From the NCBI GenBank assembly GCA_965203295.1, contig CBDBCZ010000015.1, positions 832,001 to 896,000 on the forward strand: a DNA stretch of 64,000 nt, written 5' to 3'. Positions within the stretch are counted from its first letter, which is position 1; the number at the start of each line of letters is the position of its first letter. The translations under genes were made by a program, and so were the position numbers. Under the pieces are notes generated by a model, which was not told the DNA's origin, made no database searches, and saw nothing but the letters and a program-made list of their open reading frames with translations. This document shows positions 26,162 to 39,130 of the stretch, in pieces. The stretch comes from Nitrospirales bacterium (lineage in GTDB: Bacteria > Nitrospirota > Nitrospiria > Nitrospirales > UBA8639).

Positions 26162-29100
26162 GGAATCAAATTATACATGTTAAGTCATCATGAATTTGTA
26201 TTACTACCACTACAGGCCAGACTGGATGAGGAGATTGAATGCTTTTCGTGTTGAAGCAGCTTGGAGACTGGGACAGTGGAGTGAACTGGAGCTCTACCTC
26301 AAGAGTGTATGCTGAGAGGGCATAGCACCTCATGTGTGCATGAGGGTGTTGTGTTTACTAGAGATTTGTTGGGGTGATCTCTGATTAAGACCCACATAGA
26401 CATTGGCTAACTTAGAGACTTTTGTACTCAAGACTTCTGTCCATTTTCTATTTGCCCATACTTTGCTGACTTATTTCTCAGCCCACCATAAAGAGGTATA
26501 GAACATAGTGCACAACTGGTAAAACGTTATACTGCCATGACACAAAAATAGATCCTGCCATGTCACATAATATAGATCCTCAGCTGTATGCATACTGACA
26601 AGAGTTGTAATTACAAGTGAGAGGAAACATTTCAGCATAATGGGTGACCAAGGGAAAGACAGAATTATCACATACTCTATTCTATGTACATCATTTAAAC
26701 ATGAGCATAATCTGTTTAGTATGCTGTCTGCTTGTAATATTTGTATATTTACTTTCCTGCCAGGAGTCTTCAAGTAGTAAGTGGGATGTCAATCTTGGAA
26801 GATTGCTACTAGCTGCCAAGCAAAAGGTTTGCTCTTTGTATTATGTGCACACATTATTCAAATACCTGTGCATGTATGACGTATGTTGCACTGAAAAATG
26901 GGTATGGTCACTCTAGCATTTACAACATAGTCATATCTAAAATCCAGTCTTACATTTTTTACGTGAACTGTTTGATAAGAGTGATAGTTCTCTGTGCTGT
27001 AAAATTTGCTCAGATACAACATGCATGCAACACACATACTCTCTTTTTCACAAAAAATATTTTAAAGGCTTCTTAAGCAAAGTGCGTAGTGGGCAAATGG
27101 GTCCACTATCTACTGCCAGCTTGGAGCAAGGATCTTACCAGCGAGAGTATGAATACATTGTGAGGTGAGGTTGTCTAATTTGCATAAAAGAGCTTTACCG
27201 TATAGCGGGAAATTTCACTGGGGGTAAAACTTCGCCAATGTTGCCCTCAGCGGTAGTAGTGATATTTATTCATTCTGACCCTGATTTAATAATTCATGCC
27301 CTGTACATGTAGCTCTTCTGTAGACTTCATGTTTGGCTTTACATCAGAAAGCTTCTTATTAAGATGCCAATATTTTAGCTACTGAGCTGTAGCAGCTGTC
27401 TATTATATCCACATTATATCCACACTATTTTTCTATCCCACTTGTACGTCAGGGTTGACCAGATTTCTCAAGCAGACCTCCTTTAGCTTGCATTACTGTC
27501 ATATGACCTTGGAGTATTATTTCCTGTTCCCTCCTGTACGTCAGACTGCAAATGCTGCAAGAGTTAGAAGAAGGTGTTAGACTACTGCTGAGCCACAAAG
27601 ACCAAAGTGATGCTGCACAGAGTATGCTCAATAGTTGGCAAGCAAGGATTGAGCTTGGCCAGGTAGCAGTTATAATTCCTACATTCTAGTTTTCAAGCAT
27701 GGATACTTACATGGTATATGCTTGTGTAAAGTTGTGTTCCATAGCTCTCTGCTCTCCAGTTTCTCCCTGCTGCCCTCTGTAAAAGCTGGGGTCCTGAAGT
27801 GGCACCAGAGGGTGAAGCTCATATTTATAGTCATATTTCTTTGTGATTTAGGAGTCATTCAGAACTCAGGAACCTATCCTTGGCCTTAGAAGAGTGATTC
27901 TTGGACTACAGCTGGGGTAAGCAATGTCATTTACACACCCTATTCAGGCGAGCCTGTGCAATCTTCACAAAAGCAATTCAAATTCTGTTTCTTTGAGTAG
28001 TTTCTCACTTTGACCTAGGCATTAGAGTGTCTGGCTGTTACACATGATGTTGTGGCGAGCTATTGATCCTAGGGGTGGTTTCTTGCTTGTTGTAATTATG
28101 TAGGAGGGCTACAGCTCTTCATAACATGTGGCTATATTTTGTTGCATTTCCGTACTGTGTAAGCTTACGTGGACGCACAGGTAGCCTTTGTTTTCTGACA
28201 AAACGGCGCTAGGCTTGGGCTAGAGGAGCAGCTGCTATAGCTAACTGTTGTACATGCTTTGCACTGCTTCTGGGAGTATTTCACCACTTGTGGCTGGTAT
28301 TGTATGCATGTGTTGGAAAGCGTATATCTACTTAGTGCATTCCGCCGATAGGTTGCTGTTCAGAGTCATAACAAACTCCTTCGTAGTAAGTACTTGTTAA
28401 GATTCTTGGACTATCATGTGATTATGTTAGGCAAGCAATGCTTTTGGTCGGAGTCACAATTATAACTGTTTACCAGCATAGGCTTGCATGGACACATGAA
28501 AATAAAGCACACTTTGTTGATCTTGAACTGTTTCGTAATCTAAATATATGTGCTGTCAAAAATTCAGCTTCACCGAAATCTTGAGTGCCTGAGGGTGACT
28601 CTAATTATTCAAACAAAATAACATGTCTGCTGTTTGAATTCCAAAGGTTAATGATTATTGCAGGAAACGTGGTGGGCGTTCAAATTATTTGCATATTTGT
28701 TTGAAACTAGATCTGAAATAACAGCACAAACGAGTGGGTGAGTACAATCTTGGATTATTTTACAATGAGGTTTAAAAATGCAACAGTGCCAGTATACAGA
28801 ACGGTACAGCCTTCTTCGTCCAAGTGTGCATGCTTAATTTTACAGTAGCTGTTATAGAGGCATATAACTTGCTATTATTTGCAAAAGGCAACTACAGTTG
28901 TAGCTGACTTACCGTATGTGTTCCAATTAAAACTCAACAATGAGTGGTTATAGTTATTATGTACATTGTGGGTTTTCCTAGCATAGAAGTAGGCAGTACT
29001 AGCGAGAGTTTGTGGGAAGCCAGTACATGGGTGTTCAAATAATGGAGTAATAATTTCAGATTGGCTGTTTGAGATATATATATATATATATATGTGTGTT

Positions 29101-30224
29101 TCCCTTGAAGAAGGGGGGTTTTCGAATAATTAGATGGCTGGAATAATTAGAGTCACTACATAAACAGGATTTTGGGTTGACTGGCTTTCCAAAGGCCTCC
29201 TTTTGAGTGAGTGTGGGCACTATATATGCAGCCAAAAAATGGAAAAGCCCTGCTACATGCCTCCATTTCAGCTTGCCTTATTGATGGGCAGGGATGCAAT
29301 GAATATGGAGTCAGTACAATTCACGTGAGAATCGAGTATGGTCGCCAGTGACCCAAGTTTATGACATTGTAGTGAAATTGAATTAATAAGCTGTAGGTTG
29401 TACTGACTTCTGGCGTATGTCTTTCTCTCCAGTGAGCTGTGGCCACAAGTGGTCATAAATCTTGATGGAACGGGTGAGAGTACCACCAGAAACTTCATCC
29501 ATGCTGAGGTACATACGTATGTAACTATGTTTGATGAGCTCATGCATACATTGTAGGTAAGGGTGTGAGTATGGGTATGAGCCAACCCCGGTACAGGTGA
29601 GGGTATACATGTTGTGGACAGAAATGTATTTTCATATAGTAGATGACGCAGTGAACACAATGTACAAATACTGTATAAATCCCATTAACGCCTGATGCTG
29701 TAAACATAATCCAATCCTATTTATACTGTATGATTAGCACCCAATGATGTCTGTTAAAGTCATGAACTAAGAGCGAGCTTCAGGGAGATCCCCATTGTGA
29801 ATGGTGATGTCATAGTGAGTAGAGACTTTATTATTATATGTAGCACAGTTTACAGGGCCCTCCCCGAGCTTTTCACAATATGTAATGAATAATGCCTGCC
29901 ATCAGAACAGACAACATACAGCTCAGAATTCTTGGCCACTGAACAGCACTAGAGGTTTACTAGACATATACAACAGTGCTACTAATGTGTGATTGGCCTG
30001 ATAGTTAGTCATTGTTTGGTATCTAGAAGTCTGCTGCTTAATTGATGATCAGTCACGCTCGAATCTGACATCAAATCAAAGCTTGGGAGCTCTTCTCGTC
30101 AGTTCTGCTGAGAGTTTAGTCTGAGTCGTCCCTACAAAGCTATACATGGTACACACTAACGTGTATTGTAAATTCCTGTGGGCATTCGGTGATGAACTGT
30201 ACATGCACATGGATGCTTCCTTGT

Positions 30225-30300
30225 AGCAGTTTGGGAGTGAATTTGTTAAGTGAATTTCCCGAGCAGTTTGGGAGTGAATTTGTTGAGTGACTTTCCCGAG
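30225..30300. repeat. Tandem duplication, 2 x 37 bp
   Basis: AGCAGTTTGGGAGTGAATTTGTT(A/G)AGTGA(A/C)TTTCCCG occurs twice. Confidence 0.9.
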
Positions 30301-32100
30301 TGTAGCAAAGGACGTAAAGGACTGCTAGTAGCTACATATACCACCTAAACATACAAATAACACTCATACATATATACTCACGTGCTCTTACTAGTACAGT
30401 ACGTACCTGGATTCCTAGAAGAAAACATAGCATGTAATTCAGCTGAGGGAAAGCCTATATGATATCTAGCCAATATTGAAGGTTTAGACAGTTGAAGATG
30501 GATAAGACACACGAAGGAGGCAGTTTGAGTTTAATTGTTTATTTATTTTTGCCGGCTGGGTGCATATGAGCACATGAACAGCTAGTACTAATCAAGACTG
30601 CTTTGCTTTTTCTGTATTTGTCTGTCTGGTAGCTGTTGTTTGTGCGTCCACACTGCGCAAAATAATATACCACACGATACTATATGCACCTTCTGGAAGT
30701 TTATAGACCAAGCTGTAGCACACGCGTGTACTTTAGTGTTGCCTATTGACAGTGAAAATGTGGTAGGCAGCCATGCTTCACCCATTATGCCACTTGGGTC
30801 CTCAGCAAGCACATCAGCACACTCTATCAGGGTAAGAGACACTATATATCAGGACTTTATATCCCATCTATATAAGGCACAATAAAATTTCAGGTGTAGG
30901 GATATACTATGTGGTGTAGTAGGCTTGGCTGTGCCTTCAACACCTTGAAATCAATAGAACTGATTCTATTGAAGGTATGGTAATATATACCTTTGTGTGT
31001 GCCATAATCTACTGTGTAGCTACTCTTAGACTGTAGCAGTACTTTTACCAGCCAGGCACACATGAAGCATGCGAACGGCTGGTCCTATTATTTCTTTATG
31101 TTTTCTGTGTTTGTTTGTCTGTCTGTTTGTGTGTCCACACTTATCACGTGCACAGTATTACATCACACGTTCCTATGTATCTGCAGTCTACTACTACTAC
31201 GTACATGTGATACTGGCATGTTTTGGGGTTTGTAGGCTAAGCTACAGTAGATGAGTGTAGTTTTGTATTGCATAATGCTGAAAAAGTGGCAAGCAAACCT
31301 ACATATAGGAAGTGATCCACTTTCTTTTAAAAGACTTACTCGTGTGTCTGGCAACTGCTCTGTGGTTCAAGGGCCTTAAAAAGACCACGTTCATTCTGGT
31401 GATGGGTACCATCGTAACTAGCAGAGGTTGCTGAGCTTTCAGACGCTAGGCAGATTGTGCATAGAAATCCTTTCCCCCAAATGTATGAATGCAGACACTA
31501 TTAAAAGCACCATTTATCGTACACTTTTGTTCTGCTGGCGCCACCATGTGAAATGTTTAGTAACAAAATACACACACACAATTGTGAGGTCTTAGCACCG
31601 ACTAAAAGTGAATTCTAAAGATTCTGTGCCAGATATTTGTGCATGGGGCAGGGTCTCAGCATGCTAGGCTGCATAGCAAAGTTAAAACCATGTCACAATT
31701 TAAGCTTAAAAAATTTTTGTTTGAAAATGCTTGCCACTTGATTTCCAGATCAGGTTTGTAATAGACTTAATTGCGGGATTATGCAAACTTTTTTTGAGAT
31801 TGTGCAAGCCTTGCCGTTGTGGCAAAAACCGAGTAAGAGACTTAGGAAATGCATATGCAGCTAACCTGTGTGGAAATCATACTCATCTACATGTACACTC
31901 TTCATACTTGATCATCACAGGAATGTCAATATCACCCATCTGCACAACTTTATGGTTTCCATTTATATGCATTGTGCATTGCAAGTACTTGTGCTTGTTG
32001 AACTTGCTTGCTGTGCTCACTCTATAATTATATAGATAAAAAGGCAAACCGTTAACCTTGGTTTATGAGCGCTGCTACGTACGTACATTACGTACGTATA

Positions 32101-32701
32101 CCGTATAGTCGGAAAAATTGGCGAGAATTAAATTTGGCGAAATCGCCAAAAACGGCTAAAATTAAATACTGGCAAAATTTAAATTTGGTGATTGTGTGCG
32201 GTGAAGACTATGATGTAATCTTCAATTAATTTTGGCAATTTATATTGGCGTATTACGTAATCCGAGGCGCACAACGTGCAACGCTGCTGAACATGTAAAG
32301 TTTTTTGTCACTGAGCTTGACAATGGAGACGTTGGGTTCGCCGATCTTACTATCCAAAAGCTTTGAGAAGTGTGTAGCGGCCTTTGCCGCTCCGTTGTCA
32401 GTGGCATACTTTCCAATTTGTGCCCTTTCTTGCGTTTAAATGTTTAATGTACTTGCCTCGAGGTGACCGTGTGATAGGCTTCAAGTCTCCAGATAGAGAG
32501 CGCTTTACAGCTTTGTTCGCGAGTTCGATATTCTTCCCAGACAGAGAGGAAACATGTACGTGGAGTGGTAACAACTTCTTTCTTGTGAATGCGTGTGTGG
32601 GTGTTACACGTTATATAATGCGTAAGAATTTAATTTGCCAATTTTTTATGATTCGCCAAACCGCCAAATTAAAGTCCTCGCCAAATTTTCCGACTATACG
32701 G
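32101..32701. mobile_element. TA-flanked MITE with CCGTA termini
   Basis: TA|CCGTATAGTCGGAAAAATTGGCGAG ... CTCGCCAAATTTTCCGACTATACGG|TA, with repeated TTTGGCG subterminal motifs. Confidence 0.9.
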
Positions 32702-32973
32702 TATGTGAGCTTTAATGTGACTCAAGCTTGTTCTTTATGGGACTGCATGGGTTGAATGGGGTTGACTTACTTTTTCAAAAGCGCTTCACAAGCAGAAACC
32801 AACAATATCTTGTGTATTGATAACAGACTTGGCCAAATCTGGACCAAACTTGTACTAGACTACATTTTTGTTATTTTGGCAGGAAAAAGCTACCTCACAT
32901 TGAAAATTTGATAGATGTGAGTTAAACTGTATGTGTACAACAGCTCATCCTATACTGTATCATGGAAGATATA

Positions 32974-33161
32974 CTGTAGATTGGGAAATTTTCTTTGTTA
33001 ATACATTTGTGTCGGTACCCTACGATGATGAAAATAAAAAAACGCTAATTTTTATGAACACCGAACATGACCTATAAAGCTACACTTCTGGTGTGTCAAA
33101 GCGATAAAATGAAGTTTAACAGATGATTATTTTTTACGAGTGAATTTTTTTTGATCTACGG
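32974..33161. mobile_element. Degraded TA-flanked MITE
   Basis: TA|CTGTAGAT ... ATCTACGG|TA. Confidence 0.55.
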
Positions 33162-33194
33162 TACCAGTCAAGTATGTGACATTATGTAGTGTAC

Positions 33195-33375
33195 TAGTCT
33201 CAACCCCAGACCCTCCCTGCACTTGCAAAAAAAAAAATGGAAGGAAAATGCGGAAATATATTCAACCCTCACTGAGTACAAAGTATTCTGTATCAGACCC
33301 TCTTCCGCACTTTCCTTCCGTTTTTTTTTTTGTTTTTTTTTGGCGAATGCAGGTAGGGTCTGGTGGCTGAGACTA
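33195..33375. mobile_element. 181-bp TAG...CTA palindromic MITE
   Basis: TIR TAGTCTCAACCCCAGACCCT / AGGGTCTGGTGGCTGAGACTA, with a perfect 9-bp TSD GTAGTGTAC. Confidence 0.9.
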
Positions 33376-34630
33376 GTAGTGTACATACATGTACACATGT
33401 CTCATATTGACATGCTCATCTGCAATTCATGACGTTTAAACAGCGTACAGTCACAAATCTGGTGACGTATACTCCAATCGTACAGAATATTAGTTATAGT
33501 TCCCTGCTTTTTTTTTCAGGATATGGTGAAGCTGAGTGAGAAGTTGCTAGAGGTTTGTAGCACGTTGATCCAGGCAAAAACCACAGTGTGGATAAGCTCT
33601 GCAGGGGTCTCACCAGACTAACCAATAGCAGGTTGGCGTGTTTTTTTGGCAATTTCATAGAAACGTGTCTATACACAGTCATTCTACGCACCTGTTCCTT
33701 TCCTTTGGGTACTCGTGTGTGTATTGAATTGGTATTTGATTCCTCCTATTGTAGCAACTTCAGCTCTATCATGGTACCCCTGCAGTCATCTCTTACAGTG
33801 ACGTTGCCAATTGGGCATGCCAGCAACCAACCAAGCCATAATCCCCCAGGACAGCTATATTTGTTTCTTTTTTTGTGGAAAACTATTTCAGAAGCTTCTG
33901 GGAGAGTGTACAAACCATACTACATTAGCTACTATGTGTGAATTAAGCAATTTAATGCACACTCATGTGATCGATTTTGAGACTTCTGATCTGTTGAAGG
34001 TCACATGAGTAGAATTAAGTGTTGCTTATGGTCGGAAAATAGTACAGACATGTATTATGGCAAGATAGCCACTATGGACAGAATTTGTAATTTTGCTGAA
34101 ACACTTAACTTCGTCTAGTGTAGCAATATGTACATTGATTGTATCTTTGTAACTTAGAACATTCTTGTAACTCATGCCATGAGCCCGTCTTCGTGTCTAG
34201 CTATTCACCCATGTACTTGTGGCTTTTGAAAGTTACTCTTGTTGGCCTGATGCTGTAGTTCTCTCACTTTTGAATTAGAGGTTAAGTGTCTTGTGGGGTA
34301 GGGCTAGGATAGGGGTGGCAAAAGCATTTTAGTGGTCTGACCTTACAGAGGCCTAATTTCCAAATGAAGCGCAGGAATTTGTTTTTCAAAAGTCAGTCTG
34401 GTACCATAACGATCAGCTGCTTGGAAGAGTAGTAACTTAGATATCTGTGCAGGTGACTGACCATATGCTTATTGATTGTTTATATGCTTGCTTGTCTTGA
34501 CTCCACAGTTGGTGATGGTCGCTTGGGATATCCTGATAAGGCTCCCTATGATGCCATACATGTTGGAGCTGCAGCTGCAGTTGTCCCTGAAGCAGTAAGT
34601 TGATTGCAGATGGGTATTAGAAATCTAGTA

Positions 34631-35612
34631 CCGTATTTCCGCGAACAGACGCCGCCCTCATTTAGTAGCTGCTCTCGAATTGTAACTGTACCTCCAGAAG
34701 TGCTGAACGAAATAGTGACCGCCTTCGATTAGTGGTCGGGATTCAAGTACTCAAGAATAAGCATCAAGGTACCATAACTACAGCATGAATAGAGTAACAC
34801 TTTACTTTGCTAGCTAGCACCTTGTCTTCTTTGAGGTCTGCGAAGGGATCGGAGCCCTACGGAGACTACCTGTGAATCTATAATTCAATATCTCTGCCAA
34901 AAAATAGCTGGCATTGTATGGCTTTTCGATAGTGTTGAGGCATTAATCAAACAGATTGGGACTGCCGTTGTGCATTACTGTCTAGCTGCTCAATAAACGC
35001 CGCCCTCGATTAATGGCCGCCCTTGAATAGTGGCCGCAGAAATCACGTGATGAAAATACCGTAATGGTACAATATTTTGCGTGAACTTTACTTTTGTGAG
35101 TCCTTACAGCATCGCAAATATAAGATCGCAAACATTAAACAATAATTTGTGAGTGTGGTTTTTAGTGGGTGCGGTTAACGAACATCGAATCAATAGCTGT
35201 CCCAGGAGAAGCAGCAGTAGGCCTAATGGATGGCCTTAAACAACAGCGAAGGTGGTAGGTAAAGTTTATACTTCTACAGCAGCAGCTATTTCAAGATGAG
35301 TATTCTACTCGATTTCACTACGAGCCCCAGCCGCGAGGACACTGCAATCTTAGCGGTGGCAACTCGCGAAGCGAACGAGAGTGTGAAGCGTGCGTTGGAG
35401 AAGCAAACCAGCCAACAGAAGGCCAAGAAGTATATTAAAGGTACATAACCACTTTGGCCGAGAATGGGAATGCCGCCGCCACAATCGCAAAGATAAGATC
35501 GCAAAGTAATTGAATTAGCCGCAAAATGGCAAAATCGCAAAGGTTTCTCACACGCACAATATTGTAGCATTACGGTAATCAGTAACCGCGGCGTCTGATC
35601 ACGGAAATAAGG
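34631..35612. mobile_element. TA-flanked MITE (outer element of a nested pair) in the PCMT1 intron
   Basis: TA|CCGTATTTCCGCGAACAGACGCCGC ... GCGGCGTCTGATCACGGAAATAAGG|TA. Confidence 0.8.
35059..35575. mobile_element. TA-flanked MITE nested within 34631-35612
   Basis: TA|CCGTAATGGTACAATATTTTGCGTG ... CACGCACAATATTGTAGCATTACGG|TA. Confidence 0.85.
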
Positions 35613-36985
35613 TAATTGATGTAGAAATTGGTGAATGTTGAAAGTACACTGAAATATTGTTCCACCTTGATTGTGTAAATAGTATAGCTGATGCTACACG
35701 TACGTGAGATATTGAGTATTGCATATGTGGCCGTCCCATGTAGTTTTCAAACATTATTTCATCGCCTGTTTCAATCATGCTGGATCACTGAACTTCTATT
35801 AAGGGTGTGGCTCAAACAAACTGCAACTATGCCCCACATAAGAGCCTACCCTTAATGGAGGTTCAGAGATTACAGAGCGCTGAATGCAGTGATGTGATTG
35901 AAATACATAGTTTTATTTCTACACATGTACACATGTACGGGATATCGTTCTTCATTGCATCCATTACATGTACGTAGCTACATGACCAGCTGAAACCTGG
36001 AGGTCGCCTCGTTGTTCCTGTTGGGCCGGAAGGAGGCTCCCAAACTCTTGAACAGCATGACAAGCTCAAGGATGGATCAATCAGGAAGAAGAAGCTGATG
36101 GGTGTCATATACGTACCTCTTACTAGCAAAGAAAACCAATTGCCTCGTAAGTTACGTATGACTCCTGGTATGGTATGTTTGGCCAGCCTGCATGTATTTT
36201 GACAAAAGTACATGTAGCAGTGCGTTTCTAGACCACACACTGGCTTAAGGATGGCCATTTTCCCCAGGATGTTTTGAGTCTTGTGTTTGCTGTTTTCGTA
36301 TGGGTGTATACTACTAGTCCTTTGGCGATGCATGGTTGTCATGGGTGAGCGTGAGTGATAAAAGCTGGGGCAGCAAATCCTGTGCAGGTACTTGTAGTTG
36401 TAGCATGGCAGCCATACAAATCTAAAGCACTGCCTACAGTTTGTAAAGTGTAGAAGTGTTCCAGGTAAAGTTTGCCCTTGGGACCATTACTGAAACTGTC
36501 TCATGTATTGCTGGTTTACCTGGAACTGTCTCCTGATTACTGGTAAAAGTGTCTAGGGGATGGTTTAGCTATAACATATTGTGTATATATAGTAACACAC
36601 TTGATTATTTCTATGTAGGTTGGAAGTGAAATGAACATGTCAGATACATTTGCCTTTATCATCTGATAAGTGATATTGTTTTACCTATGTTCTTTTATTG
36701 CTGTAGTTGAATGCTGTATGTGAATGCTTTCTATGTATGTTGTTACCTTTCACTTGGACACAAGAGTTCAGAAGTAAAATGCGGGCATGCCAGGCACTAA
36801 TTGCATTCATGCAGGGTTAGGGATGGGGGTTTAGAATCAAGCTCTGTTGTGTCATTGCTACCTTGTTTGGTTACTTTTTTGCGATTCCATCCCTACATGC
36901 TCTTTCATTTTTAAATGATTTCTTTAAAACTTTTATTATTCAGTGTGCTATAATGCTACAAAACATTTACTACCATCTCAATGGT

Positions 36986-37083
36986 TAGTCTCGGTACCAG
37001 CCCACCTATCAAGTCGGAGATCGCTTAGTGGCGGGATACTGTAAGCGATCTCTGACTTGATAGGTGGGCTGGTACTGAGACTA
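36986..37083. mobile_element. 98-bp TAG...CTA hairpin MITE
   Basis: It has a ~42-bp near-perfect stem and a perfect 9-bp TSD CTCAATGGT. Confidence 0.92.
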
Positions 37084-37193
37084 CTCAATGGTATACATCC
37101 CACCATCCAGTTCACAGTTGAAGAGAAGGAAAAGGTACTCCTGTTTCTGAATACCAAATCTATTTGAGAATAAATAAGAATACTGGGCATAAC

Positions 37194-37257
37194 TAGCCTT
37201 GTACCCAGGCCTTCCCCGCACTTTCGCGAGTGCAGGGAAGGCCTGGGTATGAGGCTA
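37194..37257. mobile_element. 64-bp TAG...CTA hairpin MITE
   Basis: TAGCCTTGTACCCAGGCCTTCCC...GGGAAGGCCTGGGTATGAGGCTA. The TSD is degraded. Confidence 0.8.
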
Positions 37258-37658
37258 GGGCTTCCCTTCTAGGAGCTGAGTAGGCTAGACTAATCCCGAA
37301 GACTTTGAATTCTTTGCTTTTGGTTTGGCCTGTAGCTACTGTATTGATGTCTGCCCTGATGAAGACAGCAGCACAGCAGTTAAAAAGTCAGCATTCCTTT
37401 GACAATGAAAGTTTTGAGACGCCAAATTCATGGTTGGTGGAAAGAGAACTCCGATCAATATATAAATGCTACCTGGCTTATCGTTTAGACTGCTCGGTTA
37501 TGATGGATTATAGTACTCTACTGTCTATGCTTGTAAATAATTTTCCCTTGGAGCATGGAACCTAGATCTTTGGAAGCCCTTCTATCAACATAGCAATAAC
37601 TGCTATCTAATGCTGGTTAAGGAATCTGGTTCATAGTATTAGTACTAGTATAGGAAGA

Positions 37659-37697
37659 TAGTCTCGTGAGCCAGCCCCTCGCTGGCTCGCGAGACTA
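37659..37697. mobile_element. 39-bp TAG...CTA hairpin MITE
   Basis: TAGTCTCGTGAGCCAGCCCCTCGCTGGCTCGCGAGACTA, with flanks ATAGGAAGA/TGAGGAAGA. Confidence 0.8.
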
Positions 37698-38754
37698 TGA
37701 GGAAGACAGGTATCAGTGACATGCCTTTGCTAATCTTAACAACTTCACAACCAAGTGCCAAAAAGAGAACCTGAGCAATTACTTTACTAACCTTTTAATA
37801 AGCAGGTGATCTGTAGTTTGGCAACTCTAGCTGAGATGCTGATAACAGAATGAGAATTGTACATACATAGCGGTACGGGATCCCCGTACCGCTAGCGAAA
37901 TAGGGCCCGTGGGGGTCCTCACATCGCTAGCGTTTTTGGGACGGGGTCCCCATATCGCGGGGGTCCCCAAATCGCGCTTACACCGGCGCCAGATTCTATA
38001 TGCGCTTAGTGGGCGGGGCTGAGATCATAAATGCAATACCATGCATAACCATTGATTATTGTAGCTATGCTGGGATTAACTACAAGCGCATATGCGCCAC
38101 ATGTGACTTCGTGCGCGGCGCGTAACGCTGAGCGCTGCTGCGAGAACTCGGAACTACGTGGGGCTCGCGAAGAGCTAGCTACACCAGACTGCGCTTATAT
38201 CTACCTTTCAACCACAGTTGCGATGTCTGAAAAGTGGGAGTGCGCCCATAATTTGGCGATGTCGAATGCCAGAGACAGTGCTGGAAAATTCTGCCTGGAC
38301 TGGTGAGCTATATGTTGTAGCTGCATGAGAACTATGACAGTAGGCATTCTGCCCTAGCAAGATTTCTCATCTTGCAACAAAAATCTTGCAGGATGGTAGG
38401 CATTAAAATCTTGTGTGAATTCTTGCAAGGCTCATAGGGAAGTCCTGCAAGATTAGCCTCAAGTATCGAGACTACTGCAAGATCTGGTGTAAGAACCTTG
38501 CAAAGCGTTTGTCAGATTCCTCATAATTGTCTTGCATAAGTTTAGTAATTAATCGTAAAGAAAAATTGCAGGAATGCGTGTAATTATAGTAATACAAGTC
38601 AGAATATACATCGTAATAAAATACATGTAACGTTGCCTTATGATCCTGGCTATCTTGATTCCAGTTGCTCCGAATAACAATAGATGTAATATATAATATT
38701 TCTATTAACTAGCAAGTGCATGTAACTACCAAAACCAGAGATTGCATTATGTGC

Positions 38755-39130
38755 TTGCTCTAGTTTGGTGCTTACTATGGAAACATGTGTAGTACTATGA
38801 GTCACTTCTGTAGCTTTTGCAGAAAAGGAAACACTTTGTTTAATTACTAACGTGCAATTACCTTGGATTGACTCTACTCTATGGAATAGTAAGCATTCTA
38901 CAGTTTGTATTTCCCACATGAGCTGGTGTTTGGGTGATTTCTGCATTAAATAGTTGCTCTGGCTTGGTGCTCTGTATGTGGACTTGTGTAGTGCTATGGG
39001 TCACTTTTGTAGTTTCTGCAAAAAAGGGGAACAATTTATTACATTTTGAACATGCAGCTACCTTAGAATAACTCTACTGAATGTAATAAGAAGTAGTCTA
39101 CAGCTTAATTTTCCCATATGAACTGGTTTG
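38755..39130. repeat. Diverged tandem duplication, ~199-bp period
   Basis: TTGCTCT..TTGGTGCT...TGTGTAGT.CTATG.GTCACTT.TGTAG...ACTCTACT...TTTCCCA.ATGA.CTGGT appears twice. Confidence 0.75.

Larger units (their letters stand above)
34509..36629 (+). pseudogene. PCMT1: Protein-L-isoaspartate O-methyltransferase, 3' half only (exons 34509-34594, 35978-36146, 36619-36629); these exons are intact but no 5' exons were found
   Basis: [29 protein letters not shown] / [56 protein letters not shown] / RWK*, with phase-compatible GT-AG introns. The SAM-binding LDVGSGSG and ISAPHMH exons are not seen anywhere upstream. Confidence 0.88.

Noticed and set aside
33520..33631. First read as a degraded PCMT1 5' exon (HVDPGK...SP..PI)
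   Set aside because: The phase-0 frame DMVKLSEKLLEVC matches ATR and fits in order between neighbouring ATR exons.
34400..34452. HNDQLLGRVV as a remnant of the PCMT1 exon ending LLSSGRVQLV
   Set aside because: The match is too short, is followed by a stop, and has no compatible splice sites.
36814..36834. GGGTTAGGGATGGGGGTTTAG as telomeric repeat
   Set aside because: It contains only one exact TTAGGG and is not an array.
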